Of a stretch of 64,000 bases of DNA, positions 1 through 10,514 are shown one piece after another. The notes under the pieces were generated by a model, which saw only the letters and a list, made by a program, of their open reading frames with translations, ran no database searches and was not told the origin of the DNA. Origin of the DNA: Patescibacteria group bacterium (GTDB lineage Bacteria; Patescibacteriota; Microgenomatia; UBA1406; GWC2-37-13). Position 1 is the stretch's first letter. Each line of letters begins with the position of its first letter. The position numbers were made by a program, and so were the translations under genes. The stretch is taken from positions 20,155 to 84,154 of the forward strand of contig JANWUX010000001.1 of assembly GCA_025057905.1 (NCBI GenBank), given 5' to 3'.

Positions 1-281
1 CAATTCCATGAGAGTTCAGAGATGAGATATGTGGACCGCCGACAGATACAAACACCTCACTGATTTTGTGACCGGCCATTCGTTCAGCTTTCTCGACACT
101 CTCTTCAACTGCTTCGGTCACTTCTCGTATGTCAACTATCAGGCCTTTTTTTACTCCTTGAGATGAGGAACTGTTAAAACCAATAATTTTTATTTCTTCG
201 GTGTCATTTGGCTTCACCGCTACCAAAGTGGCAATCTTACTGCTGCCAATATCAATCCCTGAGAGAACCAGCTGATTCATC
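1..281 (-). CDS. ftsA: Cell division protein FtsA, N-terminal part (gene runs off the window start)
   Basis: Own translation of the minus strand from the ATG at 281-279 gives MNQLVLSGIDIGSSKIATLVAV...GLIVDIREVTEAVEESVEKAERMAGHKISEVFVSVGG. This contains the actin-like phosphate-1 motif of FtsA. The gene lies directly after ftsQ, as in dcw clusters. Confidence 0.8.
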
Positions 282-300
282 GATATTAGCTAGGAATGAC

Positions 301-1056
301 CTAAAATTTAATGATCGGTTTATCAAATCTGAAATCCAGTTCGCGAAAAAATCTTCCATTTATTTTTAGTCTCTTATAAATGGTCTCAAACTTTGCCAAT
401 TGCTCATCGAGATTTTTTTCACTAGCAAAGATAAGTTTTGCTTCTTTTAGATTAAATACTATCACACTAATTCCTTCAATATCAACCGAGCTAACTTCTA
501 CGCCTATTTCGTTAATTTTTTTTAGAGCTTTGAGAGCGATGATTATCTCTCGAAAATCTACTGTCTCACCAACTTGAAAATCATCGAGATAAAGCGTTTG
601 GTAAAAATTTATCTGTGTCAGGTTATCTTCTAGGCTTTTTGAGGATTTTGATAAGACCCTGGCCCTAGCCGAGAGTTGAAAATATCCCCGATCAGCCCTT
701 AGAGAAGCAATGGGTTTGGCGATAACTGGCTTAACGATAATTTTATCCGGAAAAATTTTTTCTACTGTAATCTCTTCTAGTTGCGGATTTTTATCAAAAA
801 GAAAATCACTTGCCCTTTTTTCATTGATAAAGAAAATGACCTTATCCTCAAAAATATCCAGACCAGTCAATTTTCGATCATTAGACTCACCTTCTTCAAC
901 TGCGATCTTTTTTACCCTAAAAACTGTTGCTAAAAGCCCTACCAAACCAAAAAAAAAACTTATGAAGAGAAAAAGTATCAGCAATCTGATCATTAGCCGA
1001 CTAACTCGCCGGCTTGATTGAAGAAAGAATCTCATCGATGATTTTTTCAGTCGCAT
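301..1056 (-). CDS. ftsQ: FtsQ/DivIB-like cell division protein
   Basis: 251-aa ORF with a basic N-terminus, one TM helix (LLILFLFISFFFGLVGLLATVF), then a POTRA/FtsQ-type domain. It sits between murG and ftsA. The start is ambiguous (ATG at 1056, 1035 or 993). Confidence 0.6.
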   Translation of the reverse strand: MRLKKSSMRFFLQSSRRVSRLMIRLLILFLFISFFFGLVGLLATVFRVKKIAVEEGESNDRKLTGLDIFEDKVIFFINEKRASDFLFDKNPQLEEITVEKIFPDKIIVKPVIAKPIASLRADRGYFQLSARARVLSKSSKSLEDNLTQINFYQTLYLDDFQVGETVDFREIIIALKALKKINEIGVEVSSVDIEGISVIVFNLKEAKLIFASEKNLDEQLAKFETIYKRLKINGRFFRELDFRFDKPIIKF

Positions 1057-2122
1057 TAGGACGGCAGAGGGAGCTTAAATTTTTAAAATTTCTTTCATAG
1101 TGTTGAATATTGGCAATCATCTTCTCGATCAGAACCAAAAGTTTATCGCTTGACTCATCTTGGAAGAAAATTTCTCCGCAACCAGCTTGAGCAAAGATCT
1201 TGGCGTGAATTAGTTGTTCTTGGCCAGCTGACCAAGGCAGAGGAACAAGAATTGCTGGCTTTTTCAAAGCAATCAACTCAAAGAAAGTATTGGCGCCAGC
1301 TCGACTAACAACTAAATCAGCTAGCGAGTAGACATAACCAAGTTCGTCTTCAAAGAAATGTTTAAAAACAAAGTAGCGCTTCTGAAGCTCTTTTGGCAAG
1401 TGATCTCTTATCCTGGTAAGTCTCTCGAAGTCCTTGAATGTCGTTGTCTCGCCAGTTTGGTGAACAACTACAGTTGTTCTCAAAAGATCAGAAAGGATTT
1501 TTTCTATGTGAAGATTAATCGAGTGGCTTCCTAGACTCCCGCCGGTCACATAAACTAACGGGAAAGACTGGTATTTAATCTCAAATGGTTTTTTTTTAGG
1601 GAAAAAAATTGATTCCCTAATAGGATTACCGCTGAGGATTACTTTTTCTTTCGGAAAAGAATTCCTTGCCTCTTGGAAGGAAATAAAAATTTTTTTTGCC
1701 AAATAGCCTATAACTCTGTTGGCCAGGCCTGGTTTAGCTGTTTGTTCATGGGTAAAAATTGGCACTCCAAAAACAAATCCCCAAATGGCTACTGGTAAAG
1801 CTAGATAGCCTCCAAAAGAAAGAATCAGACTCGGTCTTTCCTTTAAAATGATAAAAAAAGATGAAAAAAAACCAAAAGGAATTTTAAGAAAACTTGCCCA
1901 AAGCCGTGGCGAAAAAGTTCGGGTTAGTCTGCCAGTGTTAAGATTGACAAACTTAATTTTTCGCCGAAAAATCTCCTTGTATTCAAGTGAAAAAGTTCTC
2001 TCTCCTTCTAGAGGGTATTTTCGACCAACAAAAACAATCTCAATCTCGGGGAATTTTTGTCTGAGTTTATCGATAACTGTTAATGCCGGGGATAAATGAC
2101 CACCAGTGATTAAGATTTTCAC
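1001..2122 (-). CDS. murG: UDP-GlcNAc:undecaprenyl-PP-MurNAc-pentapeptide GlcNAc transferase MurG
   Basis: 373 aa with MKILITGGHLSPAL, GGYLALP and VVSRAGANTFFELIALKKPAILVPLP (GT28 signature). dcw context. Confidence 0.9.
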   Translation of the reverse strand: MKILITGGHLSPALTVIDKLRQKFPEIEIVFVGRKYPLEGERTFSLEYKEIFRRKIKFVNLNTGRLTRTFSPRLWASFLKIPFGFFSSFFIILKERPSLILSFGGYLALPVAIWGFVFGVPIFTHEQTAKPGLANRVIGYLAKKIFISFQEARNSFPKEKVILSGNPIRESIFFPKKKPFEIKYQSFPLVYVTGGSLGSHSINLHIEKILSDLLRTTVVVHQTGETTTFKDFERLTRIRDHLPKELQKRYFVFKHFFEDELGYVYSLADLVVSRAGANTFFELIALKKPAILVPLPWSAGQEQLIHAKIFAQAGCGEIFFQDESSDKLLVLIEKMIANIQHYERNFKNLSSLCRPNATEKIIDEILSSIKPAS

Positions 2123-2137
2123 TTCAAAATATAAGAA

Positions 2138-3229
2138 TTAACTAACCTTAACTCTTTTTTCAATACTCAAGAGAATCCCTAAAAGTACGTAAGAAATCAC
2201 TAAGTGACTGCCACCATAAGAAATAAAAGGCAAAGGGACACCAGTCAGAGGAAACAAACCAACGACTCCTCCCAAATTGATTGTGATCTGAAGATTAAAA
2301 AAAGCAAAAATGCCGGTTGCAAGCAATTTAGCCAAAATATCTGGAGTCAGCCGAACTAGGTGATAAATTCTGTAAACAAAAATCAGATAGAGAAAAATAA
2401 CGACTAACCCACCGAAAAAACCATACTCTTCACCGATGATGGCGAAGATTGAGTCGGTATGAGCTTCGGGCAGGAAGAAATATTTTTGCCGAGAAATCCC
2501 AAATCCCTGCCCAAACAACCCACCTTGAGATAAAGAAATTTTGATCTGATTTATGTGATAGCCGATTCCAAGCGGATCAATGCTAGGATCAACGAAGGCA
2601 ATCAATCGATTAAGACGGTATGGTGCTGATTTAATGAGCAAAAAAAAGCCGGCTACGCCCAAGATGACTAAGGATACAAAATTTCCCAGACTCATTCCGG
2701 CCTGATAATAAATTATCATTGAGATCAAAAAAACAATTACAGCGGTGCCAACATCCGGCTGAAGAACAATCAATGAAATCAAAAGACTGATTAGAACTAC
2801 ATAAGAAAAAAAAACTCTCTTCGCTTTTCGACTAAACCAACAGGAAAGATAAACAATCACCGAAAACTTAGCCAGCTCAGTTGGCTGAAGATTGAAGAAA
2901 CCAAGATCTAACCAACGTCTGGCGCCGCCAGCCTGAAGGCCAATGCCGGGTATTAAGACAATCACCAGAAGAATAAAAGTAACAATCAAAGATATAAGCG
3001 CGATCAAATGAATCTTTCGATAATCAATGAGAGAAAAAACCACCATCAAGTTAATACCAATCAAAAGCCAAAGTAATTGAGCCTTAAAAAAATGAAAACT
3101 GTCATTGAATAAACTCGTGGCTTTAACTGCTGATGCCTCAAAAATAAAGATTAAACCGGCCAAAGATAATATCAAAGGAACGTAGATTAGAGGCAGAAAG
3201 AAGCGGTTTTTTACCAAAAGATTGACCAT
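2138..3229 (-). CDS. ftsW: SEDS-family peptidoglycan polymerase FtsW/RodA
   Basis: 363-aa polytopic membrane protein with RRWLDLGFFNLQPTELAKF and PEAHTDSIFAIIGEEYGFFGG. It sits between murD and murG. Confidence 0.9.
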   Translation of the reverse strand: MVNLLVKNRFFLPLIYVPLILSLAGLIFIFEASAVKATSLFNDSFHFFKAQLLWLLIGINLMVVFSLIDYRKIHLIALISLIVTFILLVIVLIPGIGLQAGGARRWLDLGFFNLQPTELAKFSVIVYLSCWFSRKAKRVFFSYVVLISLLISLIVLQPDVGTAVIVFLISMIIYYQAGMSLGNFVSLVILGVAGFFLLIKSAPYRLNRLIAFVDPSIDPLGIGYHINQIKISLSQGGLFGQGFGISRQKYFFLPEAHTDSIFAIIGEEYGFFGGLVVIFLYLIFVYRIYHLVRLTPDILAKLLATGIFAFFNLQITINLGGVVGLFPLTGVPLPFISYGGSHLVISYVLLGILLSIEKRVKVS

Positions 3230-3231
3230 TT

Positions 3232-4626
3232 TTAGCCTGAAATTACTTTTTTTACCAGCCGGTGAAACATCTCACCTCGATGGAACTCATTGCAAAACAT
3301 CGAGAATGAAGTTGCCCCTGGCGAAAACAAAATGCAAAACTGATTTTGATTATTTACTGATAAACTTGTCTTTTCCTCACTTGCAATCTGAAGAGCCTCC
3401 TGAATAGCCAACTCAAGATCATCATAAACTTCACGGCTAATTTTTTCTGGCATATGAGCTCTTAACTTTGGCAGAATCTCCTCTGTAAAGCTCCCTTTAA
3501 GAAAGACAATTTTTTTTACTTTTTCTAAGTGTTTAAGTAAGTCATCAACAGGAAGATTTTTTGAGTTTCCCCCAAGAATGAGAATTATTTTTTTGTCTTT
3601 AAATCTTTCAATAGCCTTAATTGTTGCTGTTGGTGTTGTTGAGGTGGCGTCGTTAACAAAAATCATGCTTCCCTGCTTATGGATAATCTCTTGCCTGTAG
3701 GGTAAGCCCTTAATTTTGGAAATGATCTCAATCGCTTTGCTTCTCGGCAGTTCAAGAACTTCGGCTACCTTGAAAGCGGCAGCTGCATTTTCGAGATTGT
3801 GATCACCTTGGAGATTCTTGAGACGAAGCGGATAATCTTTTTTTGAAAACCAGAAAACACCCGTCTTCCTCTCAGTTATTAGTGGTTCTAAGGCCCTGTT
3901 AGCCACAAGAAACTCAGTTGTCTTTTGGTAAAGATAAATCGCTTTTTTGTCGAATAAATAATCTTCCATATTTTTGTAATAGTCAAGGTGATCGGGATAG
4001 AAGTTGGTAAAAACAGCTAGATTTGGACTAATTTTCCTTCGATGAAAACCAGAGAGAGCCCATGAAGAAAGCTCAGCAACCAACCATGTCTGACTATCGG
4101 CGGTTTTTAAGAACTCAATAGTAGAGACGCCGGGAAAACCACCACCCAAAAGGACCTTAAAGCCCATCTTTTTGAGAAGATTAAAGATAAGGTAGGTAGT
4201 GGTTGACTTGCCTCTTGTTCCAGTGACACCAATGATTTTTCCAGGGAAGTGTTCAGAAACGAAGGCCATCTCCATTTCAATAGGAACACCCCGTCTTTGA
4301 GCCTCGACAATTAACGAAAGACTCCATGGGACGCTCGGTCCCTTGAAAATAACATCACAATTTAGAAAATCTTCGAGGCGATGGCCGCCCAATGAGAATT
4401 TTATGTTTTTGTAATTAGCCAACAATCTTATCGACGTCTCCAGCTCCTTCTCAGTTTTTTTGTCGCTAACAACCACCTGAGAGCCAAGCTCAGCAAAAAA
4501 ACGAGCGATTCCAACTCCACCGCCTTGATTCCCCAACCCAACGACTAGAATCTTTTTTCGGGAGTATTTCTCTCTTAGACTCTCCAGGAGAGCCATATAA
4601 TTATTATAGTTACTTAATGAAAGCAA
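3232..4626 (-). CDS. murD: UDP-MurNAc-L-Ala:D-Glu ligase MurD
   Basis: Mur ligase with N-domain VVGLGNQGGGVGIARFF, P-loop GVTGTRGKSTT and DHLDYY. It sits between mraY and ftsW. An alternative ATG at 4596 would remove the overlap with mraY. Confidence 0.9.
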   Translation of the reverse strand: MLSLSNYNNYMALLESLREKYSRKKILVVGLGNQGGGVGIARFFAELGSQVVVSDKKTEKELETSIRLLANYKNIKFSLGGHRLEDFLNCDVIFKGPSVPWSLSLIVEAQRRGVPIEMEMAFVSEHFPGKIIGVTGTRGKSTTTYLIFNLLKKMGFKVLLGGGFPGVSTIEFLKTADSQTWLVAELSSWALSGFHRRKISPNLAVFTNFYPDHLDYYKNMEDYLFDKKAIYLYQKTTEFLVANRALEPLITERKTGVFWFSKKDYPLRLKNLQGDHNLENAAAAFKVAEVLELPRSKAIEIISKIKGLPYRQEIIHKQGSMIFVNDATSTTPTATIKAIERFKDKKIILILGGNSKNLPVDDLLKHLEKVKKIVFLKGSFTEEILPKLRAHMPEKISREVYDDLELAIQEALQIASEEKTSLSVNNQNQFCILFSPGATSFSMFCNEFHRGEMFHRLVKKVISG

Positions 4627-5650
4627 TCATCAAACCAAAGATGACCAAAACAATTGAAATTAACCACAATCTCATAACAATCTTCGGCTCCTCCCACCCC
4701 TTGTGCTGAAGATAAAGATGAAGGGGGGCAACTGGAAAGATTTTTTTTCTAAGGATTTTCTTTCCAAGAATCTGGATCAGCGATGTCAAAACTTCAATAA
4801 CAAAAATTCCACCAATTATCGCCAAGGAAAAAATCTTTCCTAACAACAACCCAATGACTGCAAACGTAGCACCGAAAGCTAAAGCTCCGGCATCCCCCAT
4901 CATAATCCTCGAAGGCCAGATATTAAAGTACAAAAAACTAATCAGCCCGCCAAGCCAGGCAGCGATAAAAAGAGAGGTTGGGACATCAAGAATTGACCGG
5001 GCAATTACCCAAAAGCCAAGAAGGGAAAAACAGAGAATACCTGCTGCTAAACCATCAAGACCATCAGTAATGTTAACCGCGTTTGCAAAAGCGACAATAA
5101 TAAAAGCAGAAAAGAGAATGTAAAAATAACCAAGATCGAAGACCCCAACAAATGGCACATGAAGGAATTGAATCTTTAATTCGCTAAAAATCAACCACGA
5201 TATTATTAAAGAAAGGACCAACTGAATAAAAAACTTGTGAGACATTTTCAGACCAAAGATCCCGGTCTTCTTCCAGAAGAAAACTTTGTTTAGATCATCA
5301 ATTAAGCCCAAAAGACCAAAAGAAATAAAGGTAAAAAGAATTATCTTAATCTCAGAGGCAATCGATGGGTAGTTAGTAAGAATTTTTTGTCTCAAGAGCC
5401 AGTAAAAAAAGATAAAAAGAAAGAAGACAAGCGTTGTTGTAATCAAAATTAATATACCTCCTCCAATCGGCGTTCCTTGTTTGTGGCGATTAAACCTTTC
5501 AAAAACAGGTGTCGGCTTGTTAAGAACATCTCGGTAAGTTTGCTCTTGCCTTTTGAAGTTAATTTTGTAAAGGAAATTTATAAATGGAACAATCAAGAGA
5601 AAGTTGAGAATAAATGAAAAAATTACTGCAAAAAGATAAACAGAAATCAT
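4610..5650 (-). CDS. mraY: Phospho-MurNAc-pentapeptide translocase MraY
   Basis: 346-aa polytopic protein with the ANAVNITDGLDGLAAG and IMMGDAGALAFG motifs. Confidence 0.95.
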   Translation of the reverse strand: MISVYLFAVIFSFILNFLLIVPFINFLYKINFKRQEQTYRDVLNKPTPVFERFNRHKQGTPIGGGILILITTTLVFFLFIFFYWLLRQKILTNYPSIASEIKIILFTFISFGLLGLIDDLNKVFFWKKTGIFGLKMSHKFFIQLVLSLIISWLIFSELKIQFLHVPFVGVFDLGYFYILFSAFIIVAFANAVNITDGLDGLAAGILCFSLLGFWVIARSILDVPTSLFIAAWLGGLISFLYFNIWPSRIMMGDAGALAFGATFAVIGLLLGKIFSLAIIGGIFVIEVLTSLIQILGKKILRKKIFPVAPLHLYLQHKGWEEPKIVMRLWLISIVLVIFGLMIAFIK

Positions 5651-5656
5651 CAGATA

Positions 5657-6028
5657 CTAGCCAAAATAACCAATCAATTTTAGAATTTTAGGAATAAAGA
5701 TTATCAAGGCAATAATCGAGGCCCCAACCGCGTAGATGAGCATCGCTCCGGCGGCAACATCCTTGGCAATACGGATATCATCTCTAATTTTTTGATCAAT
5801 GGCATCAGTTGTTTGCTCAAGACTTGTGTTGATTGTTTCAACAACTAAACCTACGGTGATTAAAAAAAGAATGAGTAGAAATTCAAAATAAGAAACCTTA
5901 AAAAGAAAGCCAGTGACGAGTGATAAAATCGATAGCGAAAGATGAATTCTGAAGTTTGGTTGGGTTTTGAAAGCCCAGAATAGGCCATCAAGGGCGTGTT
6001 TGAATGAGATCTTGTGATATCTGATCAT
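5657..6028 (-). CDS. dgkA: Diacylglycerol/undecaprenol kinase (DAGK_prokar family)
   Basis: Small 3-TM protein with FKHALDGLFWAFKTQPNFRIH and VVETINTSLEQTTD. The start is taken at ATG 6028 (M23 of the 145-aa track ORF). Confidence 0.8.
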   Translation of the reverse strand: MIRYHKISFKHALDGLFWAFKTQPNFRIHLSLSILSLVTGFLFKVSYFEFLLILFLITVGLVVETINTSLEQTTDAIDQKIRDDIRIAKDVAAGAMLIYAVGASIIALIIFIPKILKLIGYFG

Positions 6029-6998
6029 AGAAAATTTTCTCGAGAACTCGAGCAAGTTTGCCACCATCGTGCCTAAGTATACTTCGATAGACAATATCTA
6101 CCTGGTTTTTTTCTATTTCTCGATTATCAACGAGATCCTCTCTAATTATCTGATATCCATCTTTTTCTCCTAAATCATCGATAACGACTGTCTCACGATG
6201 GCGCCTATAGGTGTCGATGATTTTTTTTGAGATTGAGCCATTATTAACCAGAATGATGTCAATCTTTCTTTTGAGATATTTTTCTAAATCAATCAAATGA
6301 TCAGAAGCAGTATATTCAGTTGTCTGACCAGCCTTGGTCATCAAATTCAAAATGTAAATTATTTTTGCCTTAGTTTGCAAGATTGCTTGAGAAATTCCCT
6401 CAACAAGCAAAACCGGAATAATACTAGTGTAAAGATCGCCTGGCCCGATAATTATAAAATCTGAATTAATTATTCTCTCGATGGCTTTTGGGTTGGCCTT
6501 GCCTGAAGGTTGAAGGTAAACCCTCTTGATTCTGGAGGTCTCATTAACATTCTCATCAATTAAGCCTTCACCGGTGATTTTTTTGCCACTTTCGAATTCG
6601 GCAACTAAATGAAGCCTTTGTAGGGTCACCGGAATTACCTCGCCTTCTGTTTGAAGAACATAGGCAGCCGTCTCAACCACTTGATCATAGCTTTGACAAA
6701 TTTTTTCTAAAGCGGCAATGAAGATATTGCCAAAATTATGACCTTTCAGATCACCATTTTCGAATCGATAAAGGAAAAGTTTTCGCCAAAGAATTGGAGC
6801 ATCAGAAAGAGCAACTAGGCATTGGCGAAGATCTCCTGGTGGCAGAACTCCAAGTTGATCTCTCAACTTCCCCGTCGATCCGCCCGAGTCCGTCATAGCA
6901 ACTACCACTCCTAGATCAATTGACGAAAGTTTCTTCAACCCAGAGAGAACAACAAAGGTTCCCGTCCCCCCCCCAATGACAGTAATTTTTTTCTTCAT
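5988..6998 (-). CDS. yvcK: YvcK/CofD-family protein (UPF0052; GlmR-like)
   Basis: 336 aa with VIGGGTGTFVVLSGLK and MTDSGGSTGKLRDQLGVLPPGDLRQC, which are hallmarks of the YvcK/CofD fold. Confidence 0.85.
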   Translation of the reverse strand: MKKKITVIGGGTGTFVVLSGLKKLSSIDLGVVVAMTDSGGSTGKLRDQLGVLPPGDLRQCLVALSDAPILWRKLFLYRFENGDLKGHNFGNIFIAALEKICQSYDQVVETAAYVLQTEGEVIPVTLQRLHLVAEFESGKKITGEGLIDENVNETSRIKRVYLQPSGKANPKAIERIINSDFIIIGPGDLYTSIIPVLLVEGISQAILQTKAKIIYILNLMTKAGQTTEYTASDHLIDLEKYLKRKIDIILVNNGSISKKIIDTYRRHRETVVIDDLGEKDGYQIIREDLVDNREIEKNQVDIVYRSILRHDGGKLARVLEKIFYDQISQDLIQTRP

Positions 6999-8272
6999 AT
7001 CATCTTGTTGTCAACGATTTGGCGATCTCGATAAAAAGCACGATCAGGCAAGTCTTGGCTAACTATCTCACCTGGCGCCACCCAAGTTTGTTTTCCAATC
7101 TTGACGCCAGGATAAAGCGTCGAGTTTACGCCTACTCTTGAGTTCTTCCCAAAAACCGCTCCCAATTTATGAAGATTAGTCTCGATTTTTTTGTTGCCAA
7201 CTGTTGATCTAACCACCTGATCGTCAAATCTAAGATTAGCCAAGTTGGCACCAGCTCCCACCATCACTCCATCAGCCAGAACCGAGTCACCGACATAGTT
7301 ACGATGAAGGAAAACCCGATTACCAAGATAAGATCGAGCTACTTCGGTGTAGGAACCAACAAGCGCGTCATCACCTATGTGACTTTCCCTTATGAGGGTA
7401 TAGTCTGCAATCACAGTGTTTTTACCAATATATGTTGGTCCAACGATCTTAACATAGTCACCTACAACAACCCCTTCTTCCAGGTAGACATTGCCGCTAA
7501 TTTTGGCTGTTTTAGAGACTTTAGCTGTTTTTCCAATGTAAGGTTTTTCAATTTCTTTGAGATAGCTTTTCATCATTGACAAAACATCCCATGGATACTT
7601 AAGACTGACCATCTCTCCTTGATAAACGAAAAACTCTCTCTCTAAAGAGGAATCAGCTAGAATGACATTAATTGCCTGCTCATAGATATCGTCAGTTTTG
7701 CCCCCAACTTTTTCAATGGCTTGAGTGATTAGTCGAAAATCACTGTAATAGTCAAGGACAAGTTTGATGTAATTGGATGGAATCTTGCTTTTAGCTGGTT
7801 TTTCAATGACCGAGTCAATTTGATTTTCTCGATTAAACTTAATGTACCCGCCAGGAAAATACTCATGAACTTTTTTACCAAAAAGAGCAATTCTTCTTGA
7901 TTGAGAGGTAGTGCTGGAAAGTTCGGCAATCACCGAAAAATTAATCTTATCGCAGGCATTAACAATTAAAACCTCACCACTGACTGCAGTTTTTAAGGTA
8001 TCAACTGCTCCAGCTTGACCTAGAAAGTGACTTCTTTGAAGATAAATTTTCACTTGTTTTGACAATCGATAATGATCAATTAGCCTTGTTACTTCGGAGA
8101 GATTTTTTTCATTTATGACTAAATGAACCTTTTCAGAGAATAAAACCAATTTTTTCAAGACATCAATCAAGAACGGTTTGCCAAAGAAAGGGAATATTAC
8201 TTTACTCTCCAGAGGCCAAAATCGGTCACTGTCACCTCCGGCCAAAACAATAATATTGTTAAGCTTTCTCAT
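6995..8272 (-). CDS. Sugar-1-phosphate nucleotidyltransferase with C-terminal left-handed beta-helix (GlmU-like bifunctional architecture)
   Basis: 425 aa. The N-terminal NTP-transferase motif is IVLAGGDSDRFWPL. The C-terminal hexapeptide repeats are IGKNTVIADYTLIRESHIGDDALVGSYTEV...GVMVGAGAN. The gene is embedded in the peptidoglycan cluster next to murA. Confidence 0.7.
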   Translation of the reverse strand: MRKLNNIIVLAGGDSDRFWPLESKVIFPFFGKPFLIDVLKKLVLFSEKVHLVINEKNLSEVTRLIDHYRLSKQVKIYLQRSHFLGQAGAVDTLKTAVSGEVLIVNACDKINFSVIAELSSTTSQSRRIALFGKKVHEYFPGGYIKFNRENQIDSVIEKPAKSKIPSNYIKLVLDYYSDFRLITQAIEKVGGKTDDIYEQAINVILADSSLEREFFVYQGEMVSLKYPWDVLSMMKSYLKEIEKPYIGKTAKVSKTAKISGNVYLEEGVVVGDYVKIVGPTYIGKNTVIADYTLIRESHIGDDALVGSYTEVARSYLGNRVFLHRNYVGDSVLADGVMVGAGANLANLRFDDQVVRSTVGNKKIETNLHKLGAVFGKNSRVGVNSTLYPGVKIGKQTWVAPGEIVSQDLPDRAFYRDRQIVDNKMI

Positions 8273-8302
8273 GACAATATTCTATCAGAAAATAGTCATT
8301 AT

Positions 8303-9634
8303 CTAGATCTTTCTTATTTCCGCTCCAAGATCTCTGGTTTTTTCAACAAAGTTCTCGTAACCTCGTTCGAGAATTGACACCTGGTGAATGATCGATTCCC
8401 CCTGACCTATCAGGGCGGCCACGGCCAAACTAGCGCCAGCTCGAAGATCTGTGATAGTCAAAACACCATTGTGAAGAGGTGTCGGACCAATGATTTCGAT
8501 TTTCTGATGGTAGATTTTATTGTGATCGTAATTGAAAAAATAATAATCTGACGGGTTTGGAACTTGATGAACAAGAAAGTTAATCTTGGCACCGAGTTTT
8601 TTCAATTCAGAAACGTAAGTAAATCGATTTTCAAAAACTCTTTCAATAATCTCCGACCTTCCCGAGGCTTGAGTCATTAAGACAGCCCAATTAGGTTGCC
8701 AATCAGTCATAAAACCAGGATGAATTGAGGTTTCAACTTGAGTTGCCCCTAAATTTCCATCTCTTCGAAAATAGATACCGTTCTTCCTTATCTCATAGGT
8801 GGCTCCGGTTTTCTTTAGCTGATCAATGAAAGACTCAATAACCTCAGGCTGAAGATTATCAATAAAAATCTCTCCACCTGTGCCCAGAGTCAGACAAATA
8901 AAGGTTACTGCCTCATTTCTGTCAGTTATAATCGAGTAGGGTCGGTGAAATTTAAGTCGGCTGACGCCAATGATCCTGATTCTTCGGCCGTCCCTTTCAA
9001 TTTTCGCTCCTGATTCGTTTAAAAATTTGATCAGATCATCTATCTCCGGCTCAGTAGCACAGTTATCCAAAATCACTTCCGAACCTGAAAGAATAGAAAT
9101 CATTATCATTAACTCCGTGCCTGTATGAGTTGGCTTCAAGAATCGATAGTAACCAGCTGGCTTTTTCGACATCTGAGCTTGATAGAATCCGGTCTTTGAG
9201 TCATAGCTCACCTTCACTCCTAAGCTCACCAGTCCATCAACAATTCGATCAATAGGGCGAGCGCCAATTCGACAACCACCTGGATTAGGTATGAAACACT
9301 TGCTAAATTTATAGAGAAGCGGAGCTAAAAGCATAAAAGAGACACGAATTTTTGATCCATGAAAAAGACTAACAACATTTTTATTCAATCCCCGTGGGTC
9401 AATTTCAAGAGTGTTTTTTTCGACAAAGACAGCTCTGCTTCCAAGAGAGTTAATTAAGTTGATAAGATCGATGACGTCATTAATCCTGGGAATATTTTTA
9501 AGAACAACTTTCTCCTCAAAAAGAAGAGAGGCAATTATCACCTTCAAAGCGACATTCTTAGCACCCGAGAGATTCAAGACACCTTTTAGTCGTCGACCAC
9601 CATTTACAAGATAACAATTTTCCATCCTAGGCAA
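8303..9634 (-). CDS. murA: UDP-GlcNAc 1-carboxyvinyltransferase MurA
   Basis: 443 aa with LNLSGAKNVALKVIIASLL and the active-site Cys loop GGCRIGARPIDR. Confidence 0.9.
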   Translation of the reverse strand: MPRMENCYLVNGGRRLKGVLNLSGAKNVALKVIIASLLFEEKVVLKNIPRINDVIDLINLINSLGSRAVFVEKNTLEIDPRGLNKNVVSLFHGSKIRVSFMLLAPLLYKFSKCFIPNPGGCRIGARPIDRIVDGLVSLGVKVSYDSKTGFYQAQMSKKPAGYYRFLKPTHTGTELMIMISILSGSEVILDNCATEPEIDDLIKFLNESGAKIERDGRRIRIIGVSRLKFHRPYSIITDRNEAVTFICLTLGTGGEIFIDNLQPEVIESFIDQLKKTGATYEIRKNGIYFRRDGNLGATQVETSIHPGFMTDWQPNWAVLMTQASGRSEIIERVFENRFTYVSELKKLGAKINFLVHQVPNPSDYYFFNYDHNKIYHQKIEIIGPTPLHNGVLTITDLRAGASLAVAALIGQGESIIHQVSILERGYENFVEKTRDLGAEIRKI

Positions 9635-10508
9635 GAATTACTTCTTCAATTAGATTAATTCCAAACTTGTCTCTTACTTTCTTTTTGATAATCGCAATTA
9701 GCTTGAGGAGATCCTCTTGTCTACCCTCACCTTCGTTGACGATAAAGTTAGCATGAACCGGTGAAACAAGAAGCTGACCAATCTTAAATCCCTTAAGGCC
9801 GACCTGATCAATAAGATATCCAGCAGAAATTCCCTCGTGGTTTTGAAAAAAACATCCGGAAGAAGCGACGCCATTAGGCTGAGTTTTTTTTCGGTAAGCC
9901 AAGGCAAAATTCCCTCTTTCTTTTAGCTTTTTTTTGTCATCCTTTCTCAGTCGAAAAATTGCCTCGACTAAGATCTCTTTAGTTTTTTGAAGAATAGAAA
10001 AATCATAAGCAAAAGAAAAATAATCTCGATCAACTCTTTTTAGATTACCCTTGTTGTTAATGAGGAGAGCCTCAATTAAGTGATCACCAAAGTAGCTAGG
10101 TGGCTTCGTCCATTTTGAGTTCATGTAAATGGCACCACCAATAGTTCCAGGAAGACCAAGATGATATTCAAGACCTCCCCACCCATGTTCAAGACTCTTC
10201 GCCACTAAAAGCGAGGCCGGATAACCAGAAGAGACTGAAACGATAACATGGTCGTTTTCTTGCGCTATTATTTTAATTTCTTGATAGTTATTCTTGACTA
10301 CTAGACCGTTGAAGACTTTCGAAACTGGGGCGATGTTGCTTCCTCCTCCGACAATTAACAATGGCAACTGGTTTTTCATCGAGTATTTTTTTACCTCAAA
10401 AAGATCCTCGGCAGTTCTTGCTTCAAAATAGTACTGGGCAACCGTCCTGATTCTTAAGGTAAAGAGATGAGTAATGTCTTTATTTTCTTGAATGGCTAAC
10501 TGAATCAT
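9627..10508 (-). CDS. murB: UDP-N-acetylenolpyruvoylglucosamine reductase MurB
   Basis: 293 aa with FAD-binding LLIVGGGSNI, GLPGTIGGAIYMN and SSGCFFQN. Confidence 0.9.
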   Translation of the reverse strand: MIQLAIQENKDITHLFTLRIRTVAQYYFEARTAEDLFEVKKYSMKNQLPLLIVGGGSNIAPVSKVFNGLVVKNNYQEIKIIAQENDHVIVSVSSGYPASLLVAKSLEHGWGGLEYHLGLPGTIGGAIYMNSKWTKPPSYFGDHLIEALLINNKGNLKRVDRDYFSFAYDFSILQKTKEILVEAIFRLRKDDKKKLKERGNFALAYRKKTQPNGVASSGCFFQNHEGISAGYLIDQVGLKGFKIGQLLVSPVHANFIVNEGEGRQEDLLKLIAIIKKKVRDKFGINLIEEVILA

Positions 10509-10514
10509 ATTAGA

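Noticed and set aside
380-2099. Plus-strand ORFs 380-577, 710-1021 and 1848-2099. Many similar 60-130-aa ORFs lie antisense to large genes (for example 4854-5123, 11322-11708, 19211-19612, 22679-23005, 44590-44838).
   Set aside because: Each is fully embedded antisense in a well-supported conserved gene. Their composition is low-complexity, as is typical of shadow ORFs in AT-rich DNA.
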